Positions 1-11,660 of a stretch of DNA of 64,000 nt are shown one piece after another; the stretch's first letter is position 1, and each line of letters opens with the position of its first letter. The DNA is from Octopus sinensis. Lineage: Eukaryota. Location of the stretch: contig NC_042998.1 of NCBI RefSeq assembly GCF_006345805.1, positions 204,538,001 to 204,602,000 of the forward strand, read 5' to 3'. Position numbers and translations under genes: made by a program. Under the pieces are notes generated by a model, which saw only the letters and a program-made list of their open reading frames with translations, did not search any database and had not been told where the DNA came from.

Positions 1-515
1 CCGAGACCTTTGGAAGTATGCTGTGCATGAGAAGACCCGGCAGGACAAATGAGACCATAACCCGTGGCCTCTACCTGGGATGTAGCCAGCCCACTTATGC
101 ATACCTTTCCTTCTTGAGACACAAAACCCTACTTGTGAAGACCTGTTGAGGCAAGGGAAAATCAAAATCGATCAACATGAATGGAAATTGTCGCTGTGAT
201 ACCAGTGCCAGTGGCACATAAAAGAACCATCCAAACGGGGCCGTTGCCAGCACTACCCCAACTGGCCTCTGTGCCGGTGGCACGTAAAAAGCACCAACCA
301 ATCGTGGCTGTTGCCAGCCTCCCCTGGCACCTGTGCCAGTGGCACATAAAAAGCACCCACTACACTCTCAAAGTGGTTGGCGTTAGGAAGAGCATCCAGC
401 TGTAGAAACACTGCCAGATCAGACTGGGCCTGATGCAGCCTCCTGGCTTCCCAGACCCCAGTCGAACCGTCCAACCCATGCTAGCAAGGAAAGCAGACGT
501 TAAACGATGATGATT
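1..515 (+). mobile_element. RTE-clade LINE 3' end (ORF tail plus modular 3' UTR ending in (GAT)n)
   Basis: Same 3' sequence as the RTE copy at 6430-8250 (GAGACCTTTGG..TATGCTGTGC.TGAGAAGAC). Repeated GGCAC(A/G)TAAAA modules, ending CCAACCCATGCTAGC..GGAAAGC.GACGTTAAACGATGATGAT. Confidence 0.8.
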
Positions 516-642
516 GATTTTTAATAAACCTTTCTTATCCACAGCCCCAGTAACTTTAGTCAATCTTATATAAAATAATCATCAGCGTTTCTAGTCCAGT
601 TTTTTCATTGTTGGTTGGGTTTATGGCTTTGATGAGACTTAC

Positions 643-715
643 TCAAGCATGGTTTCACAGTCAGAGAAGCCTTTCCTGTTGGCAAGCTGCTTTTTCCAAG
701 TAAGGTATTTTGTTT
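643..715 (-). CDS. Candidate coding exon (73 nt) of the minus-strand host gene: (E)TKYLTWKKQLANRKGFSDCETML
   Basis: AG at 717-716 and perfect GTAAGT donor at 642-637. Open in exactly the phase-1 frame required by the exon ending at 3626. The acceptor pyrimidine tract is only modest. Confidence 0.4.
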
Positions 716-1084
716 CTAATTCCAGCAGTTTTTACAAAAAAAATCACAAAGGCATCCAAGCTACAGAACATATTGTTTACAGGAGACATAAAAACACCAT
801 TCCTTAAACAGTGCCATCAGGATGCAAACAAACAAACAAACACACATTTGTTTATAGCAGTTTGATTTTATTGCAGTCTGTACAAATGGTTACGATGTGT
901 AAGGTTCCTCTTTTTGAGTTGTTTGCAGTTTACTGCAGGCAGATTAGGGGGTCCAGGTAGCACTGGCAGAGTCCATGATGGATCTAAAGTATTGTTTGTA
1001 TAACACTCTCACTGATGCTGTTTCCATGTAGCAACTGTGAACACTGGCCTAGGTATGTTGTTTACTTTGGGGCCTGCCTCTGTG

Positions 1085-1310
1085 GGTACCATGCAAAAAG
1101 CAGTGGTGATGGTGCCACATAAAAAGCAGTGGTGATGGTGCCACATAAAAAGCACCCAGTACACTCTGTAAAATGGTTGGTGTTAGGAAGGTCATACAGA
1201 CCATACCAAAACAGGCAATGGAACCTGCTCTCTGGCTTGCCAATTCCTGTCAAACTATCCAACCCATGCCAGCATGGAAAATGGATGACGATAAATGATG
1301 ATGATGTGTT
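1085..1310 (+). mobile_element. RTE 3' UTR fragment
   Basis: Two exact AAAAAGCAGTGGTGATGGTGCCACAT modules, then AGCACCCAGTACACTC...CCAACCCATGCCAGCATGGAAAATGGATGAC and an ATGATGATG tail. Confidence 0.75.
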
Positions 1311-1814
1311 GTGAGTATTGTGGAGGAGTAGTATGTAACTCTTGACTTCTAGTAGCTTCTGTGTGTGTGATGGTTGGTTATATAAAGTTGAAACAGTTGT
1401 GTAGCAGCGTGTAAAGATGAGGGGATGTAAATCTGGTGCCATCTGCATATGCAGTTGTCCATATACCTTGTGTGATGGTGCCATGTGAGCATAAGTTGAG
1501 AAGAGAATGGGTGAGAGGTACTCCATGCATGATCTTTGAGGTACTCCAGGCATGATCTTTGAGGTACTCCAGGCATGAAACAACAGATCCTGGAAGACCA
1601 GTTCATGTCCATATGACATAGGTTTATAACATGACAGAATGTAACCTCTGAGTTAATATTTATGATGGTTCTGAAGGTAGAGGTGAGTATATTTTTGTAT
1701 GAGAGGTTAGCAGTCAATGGCAGTTAGAATGGTAACTTAGATATGTTTCAACCAAAGATTGGTCCAGGCCATGTCTAACATGTTTTCATTCTTCTTCTTC
1801 TTCTTCTTCTTCTT

Positions 1815-2930
1815 CTTATTATTATTATTATTATTATTACTACTGAGTGAGAGAGCAGCACACACCATCAAAGTGATGCTAAGGTACAAACAAACAAATC
1901 CCAGGACAGTTGTGTAAAGAAGTGCTGATCTCTGTGGAGGGAATTTGTGGTAGAATTAGGCCCAGGAAGACATGGGACAAGGTGGTGAAGCATGATCTTT
2001 GAACATTTGGCCTCATGGAAGGAATGACTAGTGACTGAAACCTTTGGTAATATGCTGTGCTTGAGAAGACTTGTCAAGCCAAGTGAAATCGTGGTCATGG
2101 CTGATGCTGGTGTCACATAACTGGCACCTGTGCCACACAAAAAGCACCTTTCAAGTGTTGGGCCTCACAGAGGCAAAGAGGATGACCGAGACCTCTGGCA
2201 TTATGCCATGATTGAGAAAATCTATAAAGCTGAGCAAAATCATAGTTGTGGTAAATATTGGTGTCATGCAAGTGGCCCCTGTGCCAGTGACGTGTAAAAG
2301 CACCCATTACACTCTCAAAGTGGTTGGCATTAGAAACCATGCCAAAACAGACTGGAGTCTAGTGCTGCCCCTTCGCTTACCAGCCCTGGTCAAACCGTCC
2401 AACCCATGCCAGCATGGACAACGGACGTTAAATGATGATGATGATGACTATACCCATTAGATAAGAGTACACCAGGCATGACATGGTGATCTCATATCAA
2501 GATAAACAACGCATGACCTTGCAGGTGGGGTCCAGTCAGAATTTTCTTCAGGTCGAGTAGCTAATCCCTCACAAAAGGTCCCTGAATAAGGTTTGTTTCA
2601 GGATGATGAATGAAACACCCAGATTTCGAGGGATAAATTATTCAAACTCCAAAGAATCCCTCTCAGCACGTGGCTATGATGCTCCCCCACTACTTCTGCT
2701 TGTGATCAGTGATGCACATATCGTCAGCCACTAAGGGACATGCTCAACTGGTTACGGTCAAACAACTGACAAGCAAATCTGTGGTATTGAGCAGAATATT
2801 TGCTGTAGCCCATCTTTTATACCAAGACAAAACAATGTACATGATAACACTTCCAATCAGTTAAGATCAGAAGCCATGAGAGCCACTGCCTGGTACTGCA
2901 TCAATGCATTATTATTATTATTGTTGTTGT
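1815..2930 (-). mobile_element. Non-coding (TAA)n-tailed interspersed repeat split by an RTE 3' fragment (about 1901-2445)
   Basis: 1840-1900 and 2446-2930 are colinear with the contiguous copies at 44945-45170 (minus) and 12260-12640 (plus). The intervening sequence is RTE ORF end plus 3' UTR. Confidence 0.7.
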
Positions 2931-3625
2931 TGTTGTTGTAGTGGTAGAATCATTAGCATTCCAGACAAAATGCTTGCCAGTATTTCATCCACCTTTATGT
3001 TCAGAGTTCAAATTCCAATGAGGTCGACTTAGTCTTTCATTCTTTCAGGGTCAATAAAGTAAATATCAGTTGCGTATTGGGAGTCAATGTAATTGATTTA
3101 TTCCTCTCTGAAATTGCCGGCCTTGTGCCAAAATCTGAAACCAATATTATCAGATTTTAATAACTGTTTGTTGTACAGAAGTATTTGGGATCGAAATGAT
3201 AATTCCTTACAATGAAGAGGGCTGTTTAGTGTTGTCGCTGGCACAACCACCCCTCTGATGCTGGTGCCATGGTTAAAGACAGCACACACTGTCAAATGAT
3301 CAGTATTAGAATCAGAGGGACAGGCAGGAAGCAGACATGGAAAAGGGAGGGAGTAAGAAAAGGCAAAGGTACGAAAGAGAGAGGAATGTTTGAAGGATTC
3401 TAGTCACTTAATATCTTCCACTCTCATTGGTCATGACTCGCTGCCGTAAAGGAGAACCGTTCGCTTGGTAGATCCGCCAGCTCAACCCACCCTGGGTGAA
3501 TGCTGTCTCAAGAGAAAGAGAGAGAGAGAGAGAAATACATACACTGGTAAACAGAATTTAAAAAGGAATTTCAAATAAGTGATGAATAAAAGTGAAGGAA
3601 ACGAGAGAGATGCTGTGTAACTGAC

Positions 3626-4013
3626 CTTCCATTTTTAAGGGGTCTAAACATTTCTCTTCCGTTTGAACCTCAACTGGACAAGACTTGGGCAACAACACGG
3701 GTGAATAACGGGCTTTTATTGTTGTTGTAGTTGTTGGTGGTGGTGGTCGTGGTGGTGGTGTTGGCTGTGGTGTTGGTCGTGGTGGTTGAAGTTGTGATGG
3801 CTGTAGTGGAGGTGGTGGTGGTACTGGTGGTGGTGGCGGCGGTGACGGTGTAGGCGTTACTGTTAACTGAAAGTGATTCTCCATCGACTGCATCTGCACA
3901 AACTGTCGCTCGTCCACCGGCGATGAACAGTAGAGGGTGCTGCGCTTTGTAGCTGCTAGTTTCCTTCTTTTGCGATTTCCATATTCGACTGATTTTTTTT
4001 TAACTCGAGGCAT
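3626..4013 (-). CDS. Coding part of exon 4116-3626 of an unidentified host gene: basic N-terminus (MPRVKKKS..NRKRRKL, NLS-like) then a Pro/Thr-rich linker
   Basis: Long pyrimidine tract plus CAG acceptor at 4119-4117. In-frame stop in the 5' part, ATG at 4013 with A at -3, 129 codons + 1 nt, then AG|GTCAGT donor at 3625. No TE motif. The ORF-track extension to 3558 is intronic read-through. Confidence 0.65.
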
Positions 4014-4304
4014 AGTTTCCAGAAAGAATTACTTCATCAAATTCTCTTTGAAAAGCAACGTCAGGTAAATGTTACAACAATGCAGGACAGGTAGGAAAAT
4101 ATTTCATCGTTGGACACTGAATAAAATAGAAAAGAAAAAAAGATCAAAATAGAAAGAGAAACAACAAAACAAAACTATTCGTCACAATCCCCAGTTTTAG
4201 CTTAGCCCCATGTTTAAGTCACCCCCCCCCCAGTTTTTGCAATTCAAAATCATGTATAAAATAGTAGGAGTTATATGAGTAAACAGGGTTTATCTATAAA
4301 TAAT

Positions 4305-5560
4305 GGTTGGACAAAATGATGTCAACACCTAGCATCATAGAATCATAATTTTGAAATATCTGTAAAACCATCAAAAGCTTGTTTATTTTTATGTTTTTTG
4401 ATTTATTATTAGTGTTGCTTAATATGTTTGGCTAAAATTGCTGTTTCTTTTCAGGTATCATCAGAAAAAGGTAATTAAAATGCATTAAAATGACAGATCT
4501 ATCAGACTTTCAAAGAGGTCAAATTGTTGGTGCTCGTATGGCAGGCGCTAGCGTAACGGAAACAGCCGAAATGTTTGATGTATCAAGAAGTACTGTCTCG
4601 AAAGTAATGACAGCCTTTGAGGAAGAGGGAAAAACCTCCTCGTCAGAACAAAACTCCGGAAGAAAACCAAAACTTTCAGATAGGGACCATCACACTCTTA
4701 TGCAAATTATTAGAAAGGATCACAAAAGTACAGCTTCCAAAATTGCTGCAGAGCTTAATGACCACCTTGAAAACCCAGTTTCCATAAAAACTGTTCACTG
4801 GGAGCTGCACAAAGCCAGATTTCACAGGAGGACTGCATTCAGAAAACCACTACTTTCAAATACAAACGTCACAAAGCTTTTAGAGTGGAGCAAAAGCCTA
4901 CAGAATTGGTCCCTAGAGCAGTGGAAGAATGTCACTTTCTTGGACGAGTCATCCTTTACCTTGTTTCCAACCACCAGCCGATTATATGTGTGGAGACAGC
5001 CAAAAGAAGCATTTGACCCAGACTACCTTTTTCCAACTGTTAAATATGGAGGAGGATCTATGATCTGGAGAGGCTATATCTTGAAAATCCACCGGCCCAA
5101 TGGTTTCCTTTCATGGAATAATTAATAGTCAAGAATTTTATCAGATCAAATTCCTCCTATGGTTGCGGAACTGCTTCCAGAGGGAAACGCAATCTTTCAG
5201 GATGATAATGCACCAATTCACACAGCTAAAGTTGTTACAGAATGGCACAAAGGAACATTCTGCTGAAGCTGAACATCTTATCTGGCCACCACAGTCCCTA
5301 GATCTCAATATTATTGAACATTTATGGTAGATTTTAGAAAAACAGGTAAGGAGTCGATATCCTCCACCATCATCACTACAAGAACTGGAGACGGTTTTAG
5401 CTGAAGAATGGACAAAAATTTCTTTAGAAACAATTCAAACTTTGTACGAGCCCATACCTCATAGAATTAAAGCTGTAATTACTGCCAAAGATAGTCCTAC
5501 CCCATATTAAAATAAACTTGTTTGAAATTTTAAGGTGTTTCCATTATTTTGTCCAATCCC
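4305..5560 (+). mobile_element. Tc1-type DNA transposon, near full length, inactivated
   Basis: Imperfect TIRs GGTTGGACAAAATGATGTCAACACCT (4305-4330) and AGGTGTTTCCATTATTTTGTCCAATCCC (5533-5560), followed by TA. About 1.26 kb, enclosing a transposase. Confidence 0.9.
4490..5510 (+). pseudogene. Tc1-family transposase pseudogene (frameshifts and stop)
   Basis: Paired-like HTH N-terminus (MTDLSDFQRGQIVGARMAGASVTETA), GRKPK, VTFLDESSF, FQDDNAPIH, WPPQSLDLNIIEHLW and terminal GPTPY-like DSPTPY*. Confidence 0.92.
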
Positions 5561-6429
5561 TATATTGTCATACTGTTTTCAAATTTTGGCACCAGCCAGT
5601 AATTTTAAAGGGAAGATGTAAGTTGATAATATCGAGCCCAAAAAGACAAAAGGCCAAGTCAACCTTGACTGAATTTGAACTCAGAACATGAAGACAGACA
5701 AAATGCTGCTAAGCTTTTTGCCCAGTGTGCTAACAATTCTGCCAGCTAACCACCTTCATAGTGCTTGTCATATTAACCAATAGACATGATCATATTCACT
5801 TCTAACAATTTTGACTTGGGTACACAACAGCCAAACTCCAAACAATGATGCATCTATTTATTTTCAATAGGTCTGGACAGGTTCCAGTGCAAACATGTTG
5901 ATTGCTGTGATTTTTCCTCATCAGAGAACATCTCCTCCCTTTTAAGCATCCATAACAGGCACAATCCATTGATATAAAAGGGCTTTGAAATCCTGCAGTG
6001 TTTCGGCCTTATTGTATGTCTCCTTAGTCAAAGTTAACCCCCCCCCACTTACCGAACTGGTGAGCTCTTGCTTATAGAAATCAGGAAACAAAACATTTGC
6101 TGATGTCTGGCAAACCAGTAATTTACAGGGAGGAGCATGCATGACGGGTGATTCTTATAAACAAAAGCTCATTCTGAGGAGACACAAAATAAGGTCAAAA
6201 CATCTTGGTATTTCAAAGCTCCCCCAATGGTTAATTACATCTTATGAATGAAAGGTGTCTGAAGGGAGATGTTCTCTACTGACTTAAAAAAACAGCAATC
6301 AGACATTCATAACAGATTCTGCCAGAATCTGTTATGGATGAACAGATGTGTTATTACACTCATCATCATCATCAGTCATTTAACATCCACTTTATCTGAT
6401 CCATGCTTGCATGGGTCAGATGCAATTTG

Positions 6430-8250
6430 CTGAGGCACCCGTATTGTAAATCAGGTAGTTCATGAAGGAGTCATACTCTATGACTGGTGTAATAACACCA
6501 TAGTCAACTGCTATAAGGGGTAAGGTGATGCTTTAGATAGAAATAACTACAGGGGTATAAAATCATTGGATCAGGTGATGAAAGTTACAGAGATCGTAGC
6601 CCAACTAATTAGGGAGTGAGTTAGCCTAGATGAGATGCAGTTTGGTTTTGTGACAGGCAGAAGCACCACTGATGCTATATTTCTGGTAAGGAAGCTGCAG
6701 GAGAAATACATAGCCAAAGATAAACCTCTCGACTTAGCCCGTGTTGACTTGGAGAAAGCCTTTTGATAGAGTCCCCCAATCCCTTATCTGGTGGTCAATG
6801 CAGAAACTAGGGATAGATGAGTGGTTTGTGAGAGCGTATAAGCCTTGTACAGAGTTGCTACCAGTAAGGTGAAGGTAGGCAATAAGTGCAGCGAAGAATT
6901 CAAGATAGAAGTAGAGGTTCACCAAGGATCAGTGCAAACCCCACCACTTGTTCATCATAGTCCTCCAGGCAATAACAGGGGAATTCAAGCTGCCCCTGGG
7001 AGCTCCTCTATGCTGATGACCTTGCTCTTATAAATGAATCACTACCAAAACTAGAGAAGTTCCAGGTATGGAAGCAAGGTCTAGAATCAAAGGGCCTGAG
7101 CATTAACCTAGCAAAAACCAAAGTCGTAGTAAGTAGGAAGGCAGACAGATCACAAATCTTTTCAGGTAGATGGCTCTGTTCAATCTGTAGAAAAGGTGTT
7201 GGCAGAAACTCCATAAGATGCACCCAGTGTAAGCTTTGGACACATAAAAGGTGCAGCAATATCAGAGGAAGGTTAACAGGGAAACCAGCTTTTGTATGTG
7301 GAAGGTGCACAGGTACATTAAATGCTGAAAATGTGCAGAAAATAAGACTCCATCAACTGCCAGGTGGGTAAGCTAGAGGTAGTAGATAGCTTCCATTATT
7401 CAGGTGACCAGGTTAGTAATGGAGGTGGATGCTCTGAGAGTGTAGCTGTGAGAATAAGATTAGTCTGGGCAAAGTTCAGAGAGCTCCTACCCATGCTGGC
7501 AACAAAGGGCCTCTCCCTCAGAGTGTAAGGCAGATTGCATGATGCCTGTGTGCAACAGCTATGCTGCATGGCAGTGAAACATGGGCTGTGACAGCCAAGG
7601 ACATGCATAGGCTTGAAAGAAATGAAGCCAGTATGCTTTGCTGGACATGTATGTTTAACAGAGTGTAAGCATCTTGAGAGAAAAGTTAGGCATAAGAGGA
7701 ATCAGATGTGGTGTGCAAGGGAGACAACTGCACTGGAATGGTCATGTGATGTGTATAGATGAGGACAGCTGTGTGAAGAAGTGCAGATCTCTAATTGTGG
7801 AGTGAACCTGTGGTAGAGGTAGACCCAGGAAGACATGGGATGAGGTGGTGAAGCATGATCTTTGAACTTTGGGCCTCACAGAAGCAGTGACTAGTGATTG
7901 AGACCTTTGGCAATGTGCTGTGCTTGTGAGGACCCATCAAGCCAAGTGCACCCATGCTGGTGGCATGTAAAGAACATCTTTTGAATGTTGGGCCTGATGG
8001 AGGCAAAGTGGCAGAGTTCCTTTCAAGAGTTGGGCCTCATGGAGGTAATGACCAAGACTTTTGGCATTATGTTGTGCTTGAGAAGAAGACCCACCAAACC
8101 AAGCAAAACTCAGTCGTGGCAGTAAACCGGTGTCACACAAATTGGCACATAAACGCCCTGGGTGTCACATAAATGGCACCCATGCTGGTGGCACACAAAA
8201 GTACCCAATACACTCTCAGAGTGGTTGGCATCAGGAAGGGCATCCAGCTG
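6430..8250 (+). mobile_element. 5'-truncated RTE-clade LINE (RT, PHD finger, thumb, 3' UTR), decayed
   Basis: KG*GDALDRNNYRGI, LDEMQFGF, RSTTDAIF, DLEKAFDRVP, VHQGSV, YADD (7009-7020), NLAKTK, MLHGSETWAV and GRPRKTW, with several frameshifts and stops. Confidence 0.92.
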
Positions 8251-10129
8251 TAGAAAACCAAGCCAAATCCGACTGAAGGGTGTGTGTTGTGTTCTTAGGC
8301 AAGACACTTTATTTTATGTTGCTTCAGATCACTCAGCTGCAGAAATGAGATGTGATGTCACTGGTGCCAAGCTGTATCAGCCTTTGCCTTTTCCTTGGAT
8401 AACATCGGTGGTGTGGAGAGGGTAGGCTGGTATGCATGGGTGACAGCTGGTCTTCCATAAACAACTTTGCCCGGACTTGTGCTTTGGAGGGGGAACTTCC
8501 TAGGTGCAATCCCATGGTTATTTGTAACTGAAGGTCTTTACCCTCAGCCCTATCCTCTCACACTGTCTCCGATGAAGGGATATAATAAATATCCTGGAAA
8601 CAGCTGTAAGACCTATCTATAACTGTTCTAATATCTACACAGCCTTGGTTTTTTTTATCTCATTACGAAACACACAGACATATGACCAAAGTTGAACCCC
8701 TTAATCGCAAAATCACCGAACCTGGAACTTAACTATGGTCTGTCTACAGCATTTATTCAGCATTACCTGACAACTTTGGGTCTCAATGACACCATTACCT
8801 CTCATAACCTATATATATATAGATACACATACACACCACACGACAGGCTTCTTTCAGTTTCCATCAACAAAAAAAAAAACACTCACGAGGCTTTAGTCAT
8901 CCCAGACCTATTGTAGGAGACATCCATCCAATGTGCTACACATGGTTACCGAACCCGGAACCATGTGATTGGGAAGCAAGCTTCTTACCATATGTGTGTG
9001 TGTGTGTGTGTATTTGTCCCTCTCCACCGCTTGACAACAGATGTTGATTTCTTTGTCTTAACTTAACGGTTTGGCAAAAGGAGAAGATAAAAAAAAAAGG
9101 AAAAGAGTACTGGGTCTATTAGTTCAACTATAAAACCCTTCAAGGCTGTGTGCCTCAGCCCCTCCGTCGTCCAATGACACGGGTAAATAAACGAAAGACG
9201 CACAATGGTGTATATAATATATTAAATACATACATACACACACACTCATCACTTGGTGCATAGGTACGCATAACTCTTTCCTGCCAAATGGCATTGTTAC
9301 GTCCCTTGGAACTGTTTCACTTTCATTATCTTCCTCTAGTCATCATCAAAATAATTGTCAACATGCCGGACAAAATGTTCAGCGGCGTTTCGTCCGGCTT
9401 TACGTTTAAGGGTTGATAAAATAAGTGACAGTTAAGCACTGGAGTCGATTATATCGACTCCCTCCCCCGAATTTGCTGGCCTTGTGCCAAAATTGGAAAC
9501 CGATATTTTATATAACGAATTCGAATAAATTGATCAAAATGAAAAAGTCTAATTATAATATTTATTCGAACTTCCAAATGGCGAGCAGACGAGGTGGCCA
9601 CAGAAATAAACCACCCAAGACGTGGACGCTTTACTATAACAATTTTGATTCAAGGGACTAAAGAAAGAGCTTCTACTTAGCAGCCACCAAATAGGCTAAA
9701 AATAGCAGCCAAATTTCCCTCAACTCCCCATCACCATTCCATTCGTCAGATTATTTAGTCCTAGAAATATATAAAAAAAAAACCCGAGATGGTCTTGACT
9801 GGAATATGTATGGTCAGGCGATTCCTTCGCACCACATAAGAATCCAAAGAACGCACGGTGCCAAGAATATTCACAGACCTGAATGTCGTCGTGTTCAGTC
9901 AAACAAGATTATTTCTTGGAGGAGTCTGTACTAAATGTACGGAGTATTGACAATTTTACAGATGGAAACATTAACTACACTGTCTGATATTGCAACGAAC
10001 ATAATTTGAAAGAAAGAAGATCAGGAAGTCAGAAAAGAAAAGAAAGGAGAAAAAAATGTGAAAGCAAAAACGTTCCTTCTGACTTCTTCCAATATTGTCG
10101 CGTTTGATGTTCAGAAATAATATAGGTTT

Positions 10130-10508
10130 CAAATATTTGGCACAAGGCCAGCAATTTTGGGGAAGGGCTAAGTCGATTACATCGACCCCAGTGCTCAACT
10201 GGTATTTATTTTATCAACCCCGAAAGGATGAAAGGCAAAGTCGACCTCAGTGGAATTTGAACTCAGAAACATAATGATGGATGAAATACCTATTTCTTTA
10301 CTACCCACAAGGAGCTAAACACAGAGGGGACAAACAAACGGATTAAGTCGATTATATCGACCCTAGTGTATAACTGGTACTTATTTAATCGACCCCGAAA
10401 GGATGAAAGGCAAAGTCGACCTCGGCGGAATTTGAACTCAGAACGTTGCTGCAGACGAAATACCGCGAAGCATTTCGCCTGGCGTGCTAACGATTCTGCC
10501 AGCTCACC
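10130..10508 (-). mobile_element. Dimeric tRNA-derived SINE (family B here)
   Basis: A-box-like GCTGGCAGAATCGTTAGC, B-box GAGTTCAAATTCC and core GAGGTCGACTTTGCCTTTCATCCTTTCGGGGTCGA occur twice in tandem, with two different tails. Confidence 0.85.
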
Positions 10509-11459
10509 GTTTTATGTTCAAAAATAATATTGAAGAATTGTGACCTTGAAAATGGTTACTGCAATAGTGGCAGTTTCAACGACTGAATGTTGGCAGCTAG
10601 AACATTTCTGATCATAACGCTACTCAACCGTGGTTGATCTGGAGCTAAATAACATCGATCACTACTTTTCTCTTCTCTAAGACATTGAACTTAGCTTCAA
10701 CCAAAACAACAATGGTCTGAAAGAGTTTTTTAACGAGACTGCCTATGAAGGCATTCTTTTAACTATTTGCCATCTGGAAGGATTAAATTATTTCTACTAC
10801 TTATAGTGCTCCAGCTGGCCTAAAAAACAAACAATATGACAAGTACAGGTAAACGTGGGTTCAGTAAGCAACGCACAGGTGTGGCCTGTGTGGTTTAATG
10901 CACAGCACGAAGAAATGATCCAGTGTTGTTGAGAAGTTCACAATAATCTGATCAAGGTTTGACCTTACAGTGTGATGGACAAATGTCTTGAATCACAGGC
11001 TCAGGTCAAGCCAATACTTGTCACTGAATCTGGGTCAAGACAATCCATGGAAGTGCATCTGTTCTTGAGTGACCACTCTGATCATCCTTGGTGACTAAGT
11101 AGCGTCCATTCTGTAGTGAAATATTCAGACCAAGTCTCATTGCTCTTGACTGGTGTCTTTAGGGTCAGTCTCTACAAAAGATCACACAAAACGACCTTTG
11201 ACCTCTGATTAAGCCATAAAAATGTGAATGGAAGCAGTAAAACCTACTGAAGCCAACAAGAGGAGGGGAGAGAAAAATCCCCTTAAGATGAGGTGCAAAC
11301 AAGGGTGTATGGCTAAGGAGTTTGTTTCCCAACCTCAAGGTTTCTAATCCAGCCCCACTGGTTCACACACTGGACAAGTGACCCCTGAGAATTCTTGAAT
11401 ATTGAGGTTTTCTTCCTACTTCAAGTGGAATTAGTCAAAAGAGGCAGTATCATCATCAT

Positions 11460-11660
11460 CACTGGACTATCATGTCTTTGGCCCCATGAAAGAAGGTTTG
11501 ATAGGCAAACACTATTCCAGTGATGAGGAAGTGAAAACTGTAGTGAAGAAGTGTCTCAAAGAACAGGCAACAGAATTTTACGGGGCAGGAATACGTGCTC
11601 TCATTCGAAGGTGGAACATTGCTATGGAGAGAAACGGTGACTATGTTGAGAAGTATGGAT
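11460..11660 (+). mobile_element. mariner (DD34D-type) transposase C-terminal fragment
   Basis: DYHVFGPMKEGLIGKHYSSDEEVKTVVKKCLKEQATEFYGAGIRALIRRWNIAMERNGDYVEK is the canonical mariner C-terminus. Confidence 0.85.

Noticed and set aside
661-699. Alternative plus-strand mini-exon (SEKPFLLASCFFQ) with CAG/GTAAGG sites
   Set aside because: It overlaps the minus-strand candidate, which has a phase-matched upstream partner; no plus-strand context found.
1062-1619. 185-aa minus ORF
   Set aside because: Antisense reading through an RTE UTR fragment and a 22-bp tandem repeat (about 1518-1580).
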